Assembly (NCBI GenBank): GCA_963920595.1 | Contig: OY986947.1 | Location: 1,984,001-2,048,000, forward strand | Length of the DNA: 64,000 bases | Direction: 5' to 3' | From: Eimeria praecox | Taxonomy: Eukaryota | In this document: in pieces, positions 52,387 to 64,000 of the stretch | Numbering within the stretch: the stretch's first letter is position 1 | Layout: each line of letters starts with the position of its first letter | Notes under the pieces: model-generated | Databases searched by the model: none | The model's input: only the letters and a program-made list of their open reading frames with translations | What the model was told of the DNA's origin: nothing | Position numbers and translations under genes: made by a program

Positions 52387-54114
52387 TTAGGAGAGGTTGA
52401 ATATGTTGCTGTTGTGATGGGGGGTTGTGTGTGTGCGCTGCAGGAGTGTAAGGAGGGCTTCATTGAGAGCTTCCTCATCAACAAATGTTTTATTTCTACG
52501 TACAGCTCTAAAGACACTTTCATTAAGAAGGTTTTCAAGGTCGGCCCCGCTGAGCCCCTCTCCTGCTGCAGCTATGTGCTTCAGATGTATCTGAGCTGTG
52601 CTGCTAAGACGCAGCTTCTTTAGCTTTGCATGCAGCTCAAGGATATGGAGTCTTTCTTCTTCATCAGGTAGATTTAAATGAATAATACGATCAAATCTAC
52701 CCGAACGCAACAATGCAGGGTCTATTGCTTCTAGCCTGTTCGTAGCTGCTACCACAACAACGCCTGCAGCAGCACCCATGACTCCGTCTATTTCAGCTAG
52801 GAGCTGATTGATAGTTTGAACATACTCTTGATTGGCTGCTGCAGCACCTGCAGGAAGGCCATGAGAGCCCCCTCTGCTACCTAAAGCATCTAATTCATCT
52901 ATAAACAAAACACAAGGGGCTTTCTCTCGAGCAGTACGGAAAATTTCTCGTACTCTACGAGCGCCTTGACCTACGAAAATATCTGAAAACTCAGAAGCAG
53001 CAGTTGAAAGAAAGACAGCTCGAATCTCCCCTGCAACCGCACGAGCTAACAAACTCTTGCCTGTCCCTGCAGGGCCCACAAGCAACACCCCTCGAGGTAG
53101 ACGGGCCCCCATAGAGCTGTACTTATCCTGTTGTCCGTTCAAAAGCCATACTATCTCTTGAAGCTCTTCTTTCTTACGAGATACAACATCTTTAAAACGA
53201 GTAGGAGGTGGAAAGTCTGCTGCATCACGCTCGCTTCCGTTGCTGCGATTCTGCTGCTGCAGCGGCTCTAGCAACCCCCGCAGCAGACGGAACCAAATCC
53301 CCATCAGCAGCAGAGGAGCAGCAAAAGATATAGCAGCAGGAATCCAGCTACCTCGCACTGCCTTGAAGCGAGGGACACGGCAAGAGACAGCATGAAAAAA
53401 GGCTGTCTCCGCCCCAGGTATAAGAGATGAGCGGACTTGTCTATTGTCTCTTAACGTCAGCAGCAAACGCCGCCCCGGGCCAAAGTGCACTTCCTCAACA
53501 GCGTTGCCTCCTACAAGCTCCAGCACTCGAGAAAAGGGCTCTTCAGAAGCAGCAGCAGCAGCAGCAGTTTTCCCTCCCCCCCAAATACCCCCTACAGAAA
53601 GCAGTCGGCTAAATAACGATGGGATGGTCTTCGGGCCCTTCCCTGCACCCTCCAACCCCAAACGGACGGTCTGTAATCCACCACCTGTAGATACACCCGA
53701 AGCCTGGCGACGCAGCTCCCGCATACGCCACAGACGAGACAACACGAGCACAAGAAGAACAACACCACCGCCCAGTCGGAAGGGCACGCTGCGCAGCTGT
53801 TGCTGAAGCTGTTTGCTGCTGATCAATGCATGCAGGGCCCGAGAACAACCGCAAACAGAACAAAACAAATTGTCTAGCCACCGCATCCACAGATACTTCA
53901 GACGAAGCAAATACACTAGAAAATCGCTGCGAGGCGGTTGAGGCCGACGGCTCAAAAACTCCTCTTCAGGCCCCTTCAAATTTGCTGCTGCTTCCTCATT
54001 GCCTCCGCCTCCGCTGCTGCTGTGGCTGTCGATTTCAAACGAGCTAGTGCTGCGAGCGACTTGAGGAGGGCGGGACGGGGCCCCGTGACAGCCGGAGAGG
54101 CCGGGGTCCCTCAT
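52387..54114 (-). CDS. FtsH-like membrane AAA+ ATPase lacking the M41 peptidase domain (single exon, about 575 aa from the first ATG)
   Basis: Two hydrophobic segments, then TRFKDV, MGARLPRGVLLVGPAGTGKS (Walker A), FVG pore loop, LFIDELD (Walker B), TINQLLAEIDG, AATNR..DPALLRSGRFDR (SRH), SGADLENLLNE. The stop follows the AAA lid with no HExxH. Confidence 0.88.
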   Translation of the reverse strand: MRDPGLSGCHGAPSRPPQVARSTSSFEIDSHSSSGGGGNEEAAANLKGPEEEFLSRRPQPPRSDFLVYLLRLKYLWMRWLDNLFCSVCGCSRALHALISSKQLQQQLRSVPFRLGGGVVLLVLVLSRLWRMRELRRQASGVSTGGGLQTVRLGLEGAGKGPKTIPSLFSRLLSVGGIWGGGKTAAAAAASEEPFSRVLELVGGNAVEEVHFGPGRRLLLTLRDNRQVRSSLIPGAETAFFHAVSCRVPRFKAVRGSWIPAAISFAAPLLLMGIWFRLLRGLLEPLQQQNRSNGSERDAADFPPPTRFKDVVSRKKEELQEIVWLLNGQQDKYSSMGARLPRGVLLVGPAGTGKSLLARAVAGEIRAVFLSTAASEFSDIFVGQGARRVREIFRTAREKAPCVLFIDELDALGSRGGSHGLPAGAAAANQEYVQTINQLLAEIDGVMGAAAGVVVVAATNRLEAIDPALLRSGRFDRIIHLNLPDEEERLHILELHAKLKKLRLSSTAQIHLKHIAAAGEGLSGADLENLLNESVFRAVRRNKTFVDEEALNEALLTLLQRTHTTPHHNSNIFNLS

Positions 54115-54742
54115 CTGAGGATGTTCAAGAGATTGCAGAGGGAAGGTAGGAAGTAAACAATGGATAGGAGATACAGAGAGACGAAAGCTAGGCGAAAGGA
54201 AGCAGGAAAGTGTTGAGAAGGAGGCAGACCGCAACGGACACGGCGGACGGCCACACACTCTAATGAGACGGCATCCGGTGCCTTCTTTTGTTCTTCAAAG
54301 ATATAAACAGACTATTAACAACATTACAACAAATGTTGCGTGAATGGTGGAGATACACCCCAGAAGAAGAGCAGACTGTCGACGGGGTGTCTGTGGTCCG
54401 ATCACCCAGTCGCATACCTGCCGGTGTGTGCATTCAATGAGGTGCCATCATGATTGCTAATAATGAAGAATCTAAAATGTATTTGTTATAAAACAAAGGA
54501 TTTAGTGTGTTGAGCGAAAGAATGCTAAGGAAAAAACCCGAAGATAAAGCGCAGCGGCTCGCCGCTCCCGCCGCGTCCGCTGCATGCGCTTTGCTGTCGG
54601 CTGCTGCAGCTCCTTTCTGTCCGTTGGAAATAAAGGCTTTAAGCTTTTTATATTGCTGTAAAAACAAACATTCGTTTACAGGCTATCAGGTCTAATCGGC
54701 AACTCCTATCTCCCCCTGCATGCATGCACGCCTCTTCCTCTC

Positions 54743-56742
54743 ATGGCCAGCAAAGCCGCCTACCTCAAGAAATACCTCAGGGGCACCCGCAAGGCCCAGC
54801 CCCCCTCCACGGCTGCTCAGGGGGGTCTGCGTCTGGGGCAAGATGAGGAGTTGGATCTGCAGCCGAGGCGTGGGCGAGGGGGCCCCGCGGGGGGCCCAGG
54901 GGCCCGTGGGAAGAAGACGCTGTTTACGGTATTGCGCCGAGCAGAGGACGGGGCAAGGTATTTATTTAAGGATGAAAATGCTGAAGAAATAGACGATGAA
55001 GAGTTGCTGGATTCGGATAACGAGGAGGTGCGGGTTGTAGGGGATGACGGACAGTTGCTGGAGTTAAGCGAAGCAGACAGAGCAAAAGTCAATGAATTAA
55101 TTGCAAAAGAGGACGAAGACGACTATGACATGCCGGCAGCCCATCTCCGAGGCCTCAGGGGCTCCCTACGTTCCCGAGGGTCTTCTAAGGGGGCCTCTAA
55201 GAGGGCCTCTGAGGATCCCCCCGAGGACCCGTCGCCACACAACAGCAGCAGCAGCAGCAGCAACAACAGTTGGAAGGAAGCTTTCGCTTTAGAGGGGCCT
55301 GTATGTGTGGGGAAGCCTGCCCCTTTGCCTGCTGCATCTCCTTATGAACAGCGAGGAAGGAGGCAGCAGCTTGAGCAACAGAGAGATGGAGACGAAGACC
55401 TGTCTCCCCCAAGGAGACAGGGTGATAAACAGCAGCAAGAACTCGCTGCAACGCAGCAGGACAGAGACCTGTCCCCCCCAAGAAGAAAGCGTGATGGGGA
55501 CAGGGACCTGTCTCCCCCTAGAAGAAGGCCTGAGGGTGATAGAGACCTGTCTCCCCCTAGAAGAAGGCCTGAGGGTGATAGAGACCTGTCTCCCCCTAGA
55601 AGAAGGCCTGAGGGTGGTAGAGACCTGTCTCCCCCTAGAAGAAGGCCTGAGGGTGGTAGAGACCTGTCTCCCCCTAGAAGAAGGCCTGAGGGTGGTAGAG
55701 ACCTGTCTCCCCCTAGAAGAAGGCCTGATGGTGGTAGAGACCTGTCTCCCCCTAGAAGAAGGCCTGAGGCAGACAGAGACCTGTCTCCTCCTAGAAGAAG
55801 GCCTGAAGCAGACAGAGACATCTCTCCCCCCCGGAGGCATCGGGGCCCCCCTGAACCCACTCAGCGGGCAGGGGGCCCCCACGGCAGCGAAACAATGTCA
55901 TCCCCTTCTATGAAGGGGACTCGGGAGAGAGAGTTAGAGGAGACAGCCTCTGCAGCAGACAGAGACCTATCCCCTAAGAGAAGGGACCGTAGACAAGAGT
56001 ATGTGTCTGCTGCATTAAGCGAAGCATGCAAAGCCTAAACCCTAAACCCTAGTGCTTCTGTCTCCCGCTACCCCACACATTTGGCCTACCCTTTCGTTAC
56101 CCTCGTCCAAACGTTCTTGCATCCCCAGGCATATTCCTTTGGGCTAGGGTTTAGTAGGGTTTAGGGTTTAGGACTTGTTTGACTTGCTCTTTTTATCAGA
56201 TCGCAGGAGGATGACGGGCCCCCTTCGAGTCGAATTGTATTTCGAGACAGAGAAGGAAGAATCATATCTGAAGAGGAATGGCTTACTCTCGAGGTGCACT
56301 GGGGTTTAGGGTCTAGCGTTTAGTGTTTAGGGTTTAGGGTCTAGCGTTTAGTGTTAGTGTAGGGTTTAGGGTTTGTCTGAACTCATCATTGACGCTTCGT
56401 AAGATATATTTTTTGCTGCGGCTTTGCAGGGAGAAAAGGGAAGAAAAAGACATAGAGAAAGGGGGCCGGCGCCGGTACGTTCTGTGCTACTTATGTAGAG
56501 TGTCTCCTTCTGTCTTCAGCTGCTAAAGGCTAGTATGTTTGATATTATTTTTATTCTTCTGTTCCTTCTTGTCTTTCAGGTGTTGGAGTGGGGTGCGGGT
56601 TTGAAACAGAAAGAAGACAAAAAGGCGAGGCAAAGAGAAGAAGAAAAAATAGCAAAACAGCCGTTTGCAAGGTGCAGCAGATATGCTTGCTTGATGTATT
56701 CTTCAGACTCTATGGTGTATACAGAACATAATGCATATATAC

Positions 56743-56777
<35 letters not shown>

Positions 56778-58098
56778 TATATATCTGTACAAATGAATAG
56801 GTATATGCATAGTATGCATTGTCTGTATAATATAATCTTACTTACGCATGATGCATAGAATGTTTAATGATGTATAATGCACTTACAGATGAACGGGTTC
56901 GACTATACGGATTTTACTCACTTTACAGCGTTTACTATATATATATATATATATATATACAGAGAGAGAGAGAGAGAGATGTACAAACAAGTAGTAACAT
57001 AATATGTGCTGCATGCATTAGACAACTATATGCCTTGCTGTTGAGTCGTATTGCCATCCTTGCATATCGTTCAAGCCTTCTGTGTACGTGTGGGGATTTG
57101 CCTGTCCGTTTAAATCACAGCATGCTGGACCTCTCCATCTGTTTAGTGTTGTTGCTGTTCTCTCTTCTGATGTTTCTTAGATATGATATCGACGAAGAAG
57201 CCGACGCGGAGCTGCGGGCAAGAGAAAGGTGGGATGACCCTCTCAACAGGGCCCCCTCTTTCAAGAAATCTCTTCAAGAGCAGCAAAACGGCAAAGCCGA
57301 AGGCGCCAACAAGATAGGTGAATCCCCTTCTACACCGCAACACATCCCGGCTGCGGCTGTTGCTTTGAAACACTCCCTTTCATTGCTGCTTTTAAGGGCT
57401 GGAGCCAACTGGCTAGTCAGTCCTCTAGTTAGCTAGCTAGCTAACCAACTAACTAACTAGCTGGGCTGGCGGGTTGTGTTGTACGTGCAGAACGGCCCAC
57501 ATGCCCCCACGACGCCCCGCCCAATCGCTTTGGTATTAAACCGGGGTACCGCTGGGATGGAGTTGTGCGTGGCAATGGGTTCGAGGAGGAGCGCTTGAAG
57601 GTAAGCAAAAGCAGCGGCACAAGCCCAGCTAGCTAGCTAGCTAGCTGATCGGATTGCTAATCAGGGGGCTAGCTAACGAGCTGTGTAGAGCGAGGTAGAG
57701 AGGCAGATATATAAACGAAGGATACACCACAATGCATGCACGCGAACGCACCCCCGTGGTGCTTCAGAACAGCTACGTAGCGAGCTCCATCCAGGTCATC
57801 TACCTAGCTAGCTAGATAGATAGATGGGTAGACAGATAGTGGCCAGGGGTGGCCCCAAGGAGCTTCCTCTTGTGGGCATCAAACAGCTAGCTATCAACAG
57901 CCAAGGAGGAGCGGCTTTGGGGCTGTACGCTAGGCGCTTTTTTTTTTGCTTTGAGTCTGTGTTGATTATACACCCCTTGTTATGCTGTTGATTATACACC
58001 CCTTGTTATGCTTGCTGTTTGCTGTGGATATTCAGGCGATAAACCGGCGCAAGTGGGAAGCGGAGCAGGCGCACATGAACAACACCGCAGATATGTAA
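54743..58098 (+). CDS. BUD13: BUD13/CWC26 pre-mRNA splicing (RES complex) factor, multi-exon
   Basis: N-terminal [17 protein letters not shown] repeats, then exons [63 protein letters not shown], and last exon AINRRKW..TADM*. Confidence 0.92.
55460..55840 (+). repeat. 39-bp coding minisatellite ([13 protein letters not shown], about 9-10 copies) in BUD13
   Basis: AGAGACCTGTCTCCCCCTAGAAGAAGGCCTGAGGGTG(A/G)T repeated in tandem. Confidence 0.95.
56036..56374. repeat. Telomere-like AAACCCT/AGGGTTT heptamer clusters in BUD13 introns
   Basis: CTAAACCCTAAACCCT at ~56036, TAGGGTTT repeats at ~56145-56172 and ~56303-56374. Confidence 0.85.
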
Positions 58099-59272
58099 AG
58101 TGAAGGAGAAAGGGAGACAGAGACAGGCACAAAGGCAAACAAACGCTGAGGAAGAGGGAAGCACCAGCAAAAACCCAAAAATGAGACGGGAACAAGCGCG
58201 CCCAGATAGATATTTACAGACACAGATCGAGATAATATGTAAACTGACATATACACACAGAGACAGAGACAGACAACATAATGCAAGAAGTGGCAAAGGC
58301 AGGCAGGAACGAGCAGAAGACGGAGGCAGAGGCCAACGAAGACAAGCAAAAGCAAGAAAAGACACGAGCGCAAAAAGACAAAGACCGAGACAAAGGCACT
58401 TCTTGCCTGTCCCTTCAAGTTTAATACGGCATTCTGGGGCTTTAATCTGCATGCATTTCTTCCTCCTTATTAATATTTTGGCTTTTGTTGTGTCGGTGGG
58501 TACTGTGTTCTTTCGTTTTCGCCCCGATGCTGCGGCCTCTGTCCCCAAACCCCTAAATGCATGTTCTCTTTCATCTCCCTTACAGCAGGTGCACAGTTGG
58601 GGACTTGCATGCACAGGTCCGTAGATCTTGTCTGTTTCCATACTGGGCTAGCGACTGGCTTTGGGGGTTTTGCTTCTAAAGCCATACCCCCAAAACCAAA
58701 GACAGGGAGGATATGTTCCTTCTATTCTGCTACTAAGGGGGATGATTTACCCACCCGGGACTGCATGCGGCTGCTTGTTGGGTTTTTGCTGCTGCTGCTG
58801 CTGTTTCGATTTCGATTAGCAGCAATAGGCCTTCGCCCTGAAGAGGCAGAGGAAGGGAAGTACGAATTTAACATTTTATTTTAACGTTTATTTATTTTTG
58901 CGTGGGGAAAAGGCCAACGCCCGTAGTCAAACGGTGCAAACCATGCAGTGGGCAAAAGCAATTCAGCCTTTACTTTTCGCGTGCACATACACCTCAACGC
59001 GGCGAGCTGTCTGTACACCTGATTTGAAAGAGTTATACTCTCCAATTCAAGCGCAGGCCACTCTTCTCATGGACGTCTGATCCCGAATTATAGGCGCCTC
59101 TTGAGAAGTAAATATTAAAGGATTCATTCAAACATGCATGCAAGACAGGTTATGCTGATATACATATGCATATACATATATATATATGCATATGTATATC
59201 AACATGTTCTATATAAATATAATTATGGACAAATATGCATATGTTCCATATAACAAAAATTATGGACAAATA

Positions 59273-59356
<84 letters not shown>

Positions 59357-59386
59357 GCATGCAGATACGCACGCAGGTGTGTTGGT

Positions 59387-60391
59387 TCAAGACTGCGGTG
59401 TGGTGGCGACAACTGGATGTAGAAGTTTTTCTCCCTTAAGAGGTTTCAGGTTGAGTACAGTGAGGGTTTTGGGGCCGATGACTTCGAACCAAGATATCCC
59501 TTCTTTGTCAGTTATCACGTGCCGCTCTGTCATGTCCGCTTCTGCTCGCCCCACAACCATGGAGGGCCTGAAGTTCATTTGCATCACAAACTTGTCTACA
59601 GAAGGAACAGCAGCAGCAGCAGGGGCCCCGCCTGCTGCTCCCCTAGCTTCTCCCTCTTGCTCTGGCTTAGGTGTAACTGCTCCAGAAGCCTTGCCATGTT
59701 GGGTGGCTTCTGCAGAAGCCTCGGCTACTGGTGCTGCTGCTGCCTTGTGCTCGTGAACAGGCCTTGCTGCGGCTTCCGCTGCCTTTGAACTTTCCGTTGC
59801 TGTCGCTGCTCCGGGTGCAGCAGCAGACTCTGCTGCTGACTCCTTCCCCGACGCAGCATGGTGTGATACTTCTTCGTTCTCTTCTTCTGAAGGCGTGCCT
59901 TTTGTTGCTTCTGCCACTCCTGCTGCCGCATGCGGCGCAGCTGCACCAGTAGCGTGCGGCTCCTTAGAAGATGCTTCCTCGGTCCTGCTACCGCCTTCCT
60001 CTTCTTGATGAGCAGATCCTTCCGGTTTTTCTTCTTCCGTTCCTTCTGCTGGTGTGCTGCTCTCTGTCTCTGTGTGTTTTCCCTTTTCCCCCTGGGAGGC
60101 AGCACTTTCTGCTGCAGATCCTTCTGAGAGCTCCTCTTCTTCGTGTTTCTCACTGGCAGACGCGACCTGCAAAGCAGATGTGAAGCTTAAGATATTAGAG
60201 CTCTCATCCCTCTCGTATTTAGGGTAGGGAAGGAGGACGGTCTTATCCTCCCCCTTCGGCTGCTGCTGCTGCTGCAGCGCCCGCCAGGCGCCAACAGGCG
60301 CCCTAAAGGCGCGTGCGTGGGCCGCAGCCGACAAAAGAAGAGCTGCAACCCAAATCGAGTTGGTTCTTGTTATATTAAAGCACCTTTCCAT
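59387..60391 (-). CDS. Hypothetical secreted protein (334 aa, single exon)
   Basis: AAAATG start context, signal-like [16 protein letters not shown], acidic E/A/S-rich middle and an ordered-looking C-terminal ~70 aa. Confidence 0.75.
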   Translation of the reverse strand: MERCFNITRTNSIWVAALLLSAAAHARAFRAPVGAWRALQQQQQPKGEDKTVLLPYPKYERDESSNILSFTSALQVASASEKHEEEELSEGSAAESAASQGEKGKHTETESSTPAEGTEEEKPEGSAHQEEEGGSRTEEASSKEPHATGAAAPHAAAGVAEATKGTPSEEENEEVSHHAASGKESAAESAAAPGAATATESSKAAEAAARPVHEHKAAAAPVAEASAEATQHGKASGAVTPKPEQEGEARGAAGGAPAAAAVPSVDKFVMQMNFRPSMVVGRAEADMTERHVITDKEGISWFEVIGPKTLTVLNLKPLKGEKLLHPVVATTPQS

Positions 60392-61499
60392 TTTTATAAC
60401 ATTTAAAACAAAGAATCTGCTCCCCCTAAAACAGAATGATACAGCATCGAAGGAACTGCAAGCGCTAGCACCCACATGGTTGACCGATGCTTGATCGTGT
60501 TGTGCAAGCAGCAGCAACAGCAGCAAAAGTGGCAGTCAGCCTTGTCTTATATTTTGAAAAAAGAAATATTGAGGTAAATTTCCATAGTAGGCTCTGTGAA
60601 GGCTTCAATTTAAGGCGTACAGACAGCTGAGACTGGCAGATCAGCATTCCATTGGACCTTAGCACGGCTTACGCAGATGCATTGTCTGCTAGCTTGCACA
60701 CATGAACAGCTATATGTATATATGTATATATATATATATATTGAATAAATGAATTGATAGGCTGCCTATTACTTTCGTTGTGCCGTGGAGAGGAAGCTAA
60801 GGTGGGTTCCTGCTGTTCACGCGGTGCGGCTTGGAGAGGCAACTAGGGACCGTTGGCGTCTTCCTTTTTTCTTAGATGCTTCATCCATTAAGGTGCATCG
60901 AAACTAAAGAACATCAAGTTGATGCCTCTCCATGATTCTTTCACATGTATGCCTCCACGTTTAAGACCTGCATTCGTGTGCACCACAACTACCTCCACAG
61001 CTGCAGGAGGCTGGGTTACTAAGCAAAGGATAGTATCCATCTCCAAATTCATCTGCAAAAAGAAAACAGTCGCAGCTCATTTCTCATATAAATAAAGCAT
61101 TTATGTCGGCTTTCCGTGACCTGTAGACTTACCGTAGAACTCACGAAGGCGCGAGCAATGTAGTAGGGGTCCTCGTTCTGAGGGCGTCATGATCTGCAAC
61201 AGAGTCACTGAGTTAAAAAAAGAGTTCCTCCAAAGCTACTGACATCCTCTCCTGCGCCCATATGTTCTGGGCACGGGAGACCTGGCTTGGGTTTGGAAAG
61301 GAGGGTGCACCGTGGTGCAGCATCGTCTGTGTGACGCATGCGCATCTACTTGCAAGCAAGATAGCAATGGAGGGCGAAGTAAGTGTTTAACTGATGTATA
61401 CAGCGAATCGCATGCAGAGGAGGTAAAAATCAGCGTAACCAAGTTTTGTCTGGCAGCTCAAGAGATTGCTGTCTGCTGTAGTGCCGCATGAGCAGTGAG

Positions 61500-63150
61500 G
61501 CTTCAGGCATATTTTCAACGCCAACGCTGCTTTGACCCCCACCCAACCACATAGAGCTCCTCACCTTAGATCGCGTATTTCTGCTGTCTGTTAGAGAAAC
61601 GGTGTGAGCATTAGCACCCAGTTAAGTGGTGTTTTTTCTAGTTGCGCGCTTGTAGCAAAACCATCACTCCCAGCAGCTGCGGGTGTTGCGTCGGTGGTTA
61701 GGAATAAGCGTTTGCCAAAATTACACAGCCTGAGTAAGGGAAACGATCTCAGGCCCCTGACGAGGCATCTGGAGTCTTCTTGTTCGGTGTCATTCGAAAC
61801 AAGGTGCTTTTTGTTTCCCAGTAGTCCCGCTAAAGGACGACATTGCGGCCAATCAGGATCAGCTGCCTAGTGCAGTGAGGACGAGGAACGCGTATGCCAG
61901 TTTACAAGAGTAGCATTCACTTCCGAATAGCCTCTACCTTCTCTGGATCTTCTTCGGTTCCTGCAGCAGAGCCGTGAATCCCTGAAGGTGCTCAATGCTT
62001 GCACGAAAAGGGACCTCTTTTGTGATTGTACGAACATTTGCTTCTCACGCAGTGGGTGCAGGACACACAGCAATTGCTGCAAGTGCTCTTGGGCGTTCTG
62101 GCTAAACAGACGCAAAATTTCCAGGTGTATAATCACCCATTCTTCATTGATTCTGCCCACTACATCGCACTTGAACTGTTGCTAGTGTTTGGAAGCTTCA
62201 TTCACCAGCCAAACGCGCCACATAGGCGCACTCTAATTCGTGATTTTTGGTAAAGAAATGGAACGCGCTCATTCACCTATCTTAAGGGTATACTGGAATC
62301 TTCAAAAGCGATATGTCAAATGACGAATAAACTGCTTAATCTTACCGGCGGTCAGGCGTTTCATCCACCGGGGGCATCGCAGGCTTTTCTGCTGGGGGGT
62401 TAAGGTCGGTGCAATCTCTGGCCCTTTTCTTCTCGCTAACAGTCTGTACCCAACCTTGTTAGCTGATGGCTAAGCATTGTTTCTTCTTAGCAGTTCGTCT
62501 GCTTGCCTTTAAGCTTGTTCTTCACGATGTGGGGGATGCTGGGGCCTTCGAACAACGACTAAGGCTGCTCCGTGAGTGTGTTCGGTGCGGTAAATTGAGC
62601 CTTTGGGAGGTGGCCTGCCTACTGAACATATCGTGCTACTGAACACAAGCCCTCCTCTGCTGTTTCTGGGGTACTGACTGAATCGAATCCCCCGAAACTG
62701 CTGCCTTCGCTAGGCAGTCATGGAAGAGTGCTTGCACTCCTCGTTTCGTGCGGCGCCTCTCCACTGCGTACGGGCCTCTTCGCTTTTCTACTCTCCAACT
62801 AGACAATGTTAATACTGTTGGGAGCGTTTCGAGATGCACTACTCCAGTGTTTCCCGGAATGCAGGCTCCAATAGTCGACTGAAGGGCGTCTCTCCCTATT
62901 GAATCACCAACGGCACGCCTAGGATTCGATCGGTCTTGGCGAACTGATCCAACGTGAAGTTCCTTGTCATGGTGCCGTGGTCGCATTATCCCCTGGTATT
63001 TGTGCCGTGTCCACTGGATGCTCAAACGGATGGACGATTAGGTCGCACGTCCCCGCCACGCCTTCAGATATCACATCCACTTCGTAATCCGCGTCAAGTA
63101 GAACTAGAAGGAACTTGACCATTACTGAAGACATGGGAAAGCACCTAATT
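61500..63150 (-). mobile_element. Degenerate Ty3/gypsy LTR-retrotransposon pol relic (RT + RNase H); boundaries approximate
   Basis: In order on the minus strand: EEQA*RQADELLRR..*PS; WVIIHLEILRLFSQNAQEHLQQLLCVLHPLREKQMF (cf. FV.VYLDDILIFS...EEHL.HL..VL..LRE); LFLTTDAT (RNase H TDAS); SHRFSNRQQKYAI*GEEL. Multiple stops and frameshifts. Confidence 0.75.
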
Positions 63151-64000
63151 GACTCGAGGAGGACCTGGAGGTGCGGCTACCACCACTGTCCGCCTTATCA
63201 CTACCCCGTACGCTGCCTGGGTGTCACGGCATTTCGCTGATCACCTCGCTTGCTCCCCGCCGTCGTTGTTCGAAGAAGTGCTTTTCCAGCTGCTTACCCG
63301 CTTTCATGAGCCTGAAACTTCGACTCACGTGAGCCTTTTACTGCACAAGAGGGAGATGCGCTCCTAAGTGCGTGCTCCCATGTTGCTGGGAGCCTAATTC
63401 GCCTGCGGCAATCAGTTATCGCCTTTGGCTCTTTTCTGGGTGGAGCTTGTAGTCAGCCTCAATATTCATAGGCTTTATATGCGTCTCATTCCCAAATATG
63501 CTTTTTTCCCTTCCCCGCGTTGGGGATGGAAATGGTCTTTACTTGTCCCTGTGTTGCGCTAATAGTGCATCCTCTCGGGGGGCTCCAGCAGTTCTCCTTT
63601 TAGCTCTCTTTCCATTGCCCAACGGCTTAACGGTTGGTTCTAGCGGAGAGATGGCCGTGCTATTGCCCATTAATGTAGAACCCCGAGTCTGCCGTTCATT
63701 TCCCACTAGTATGGGAACCCGAATTCTCCATTTGCTTTTGAGCAAATCAGCCTATGGACAGAGCTTTACGTCGGGAAGTATCAATCCTTGGTGAACAGCT
63801 TTTGCAGTTAGGAGACAGCTTGCCCGTTGATGACCTGGTAAATGATCCCCACATGCCAGAGAATCTCGGAAAGCTGCCATGGTCAGGATATGCTCCTTGA
63901 CAGTTGTGCCGTCGCCTATAAATAGCCGCCACTTTCTTGCCTACCTTTCTAGTAGAGGAGATGCCAACAGAAACTGCAGCTCTCCGGACCCTCTTCGCGA

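Noticed and set aside
56036..56374. Telomere-like repeats as a chromosome end or fusion scar
   Set aside because: Short, degenerate, intronic and in both orientations; a common dispersed repeat in this type of genome.
57960..58012. 26-bp direct duplication (TGTTGATTATACACCCCTTGTTATGC x2); a similar one at ~59220-59280
   Set aside because: Two-copy local slippage in non-coding DNA with no sign of function.

Overview
Eukaryotic, intron-rich DNA with the repeat signature of the coccidian Eimeria: CAG/CTG tracts, TGCATGCA, intronic AAACCCT heptamers, TA and AGCT microsatellites. The organism is inferred, not proven. Bases 1-15060 are the distal end of a tandem array of ~1.03 kb units, each carrying one minus-strand tRNA-Gln gene (14 intact copies: 2 with anticodon CTG, 12 with TTG). 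The array ends in a rearranged unit and a decayed tRNA copy, followed by a Ty3/gypsy RT relic. It is a candidate centromere, based on my recollection of Eimeria genome work. The gene-rich part holds a 9-exon AGC kinase with a very long polyQ N-terminus, a multi-exon long-chain acyl-CoA synthetase (with a 55-bp intronic hairpin), a small membrane protein, and nucleolin hosting an intronic U24/snR24 C/D snoRNA. It also holds a multipass membrane protein, an FtsH-like AAA ATPase with no protease domain, BUD13 and a secreted acidic protein. Two further decayed gypsy-like relics lie near 26.3-27 kb and 61.5-63.2 kb. All calls were made by eye from sequence motifs; no searches were run.
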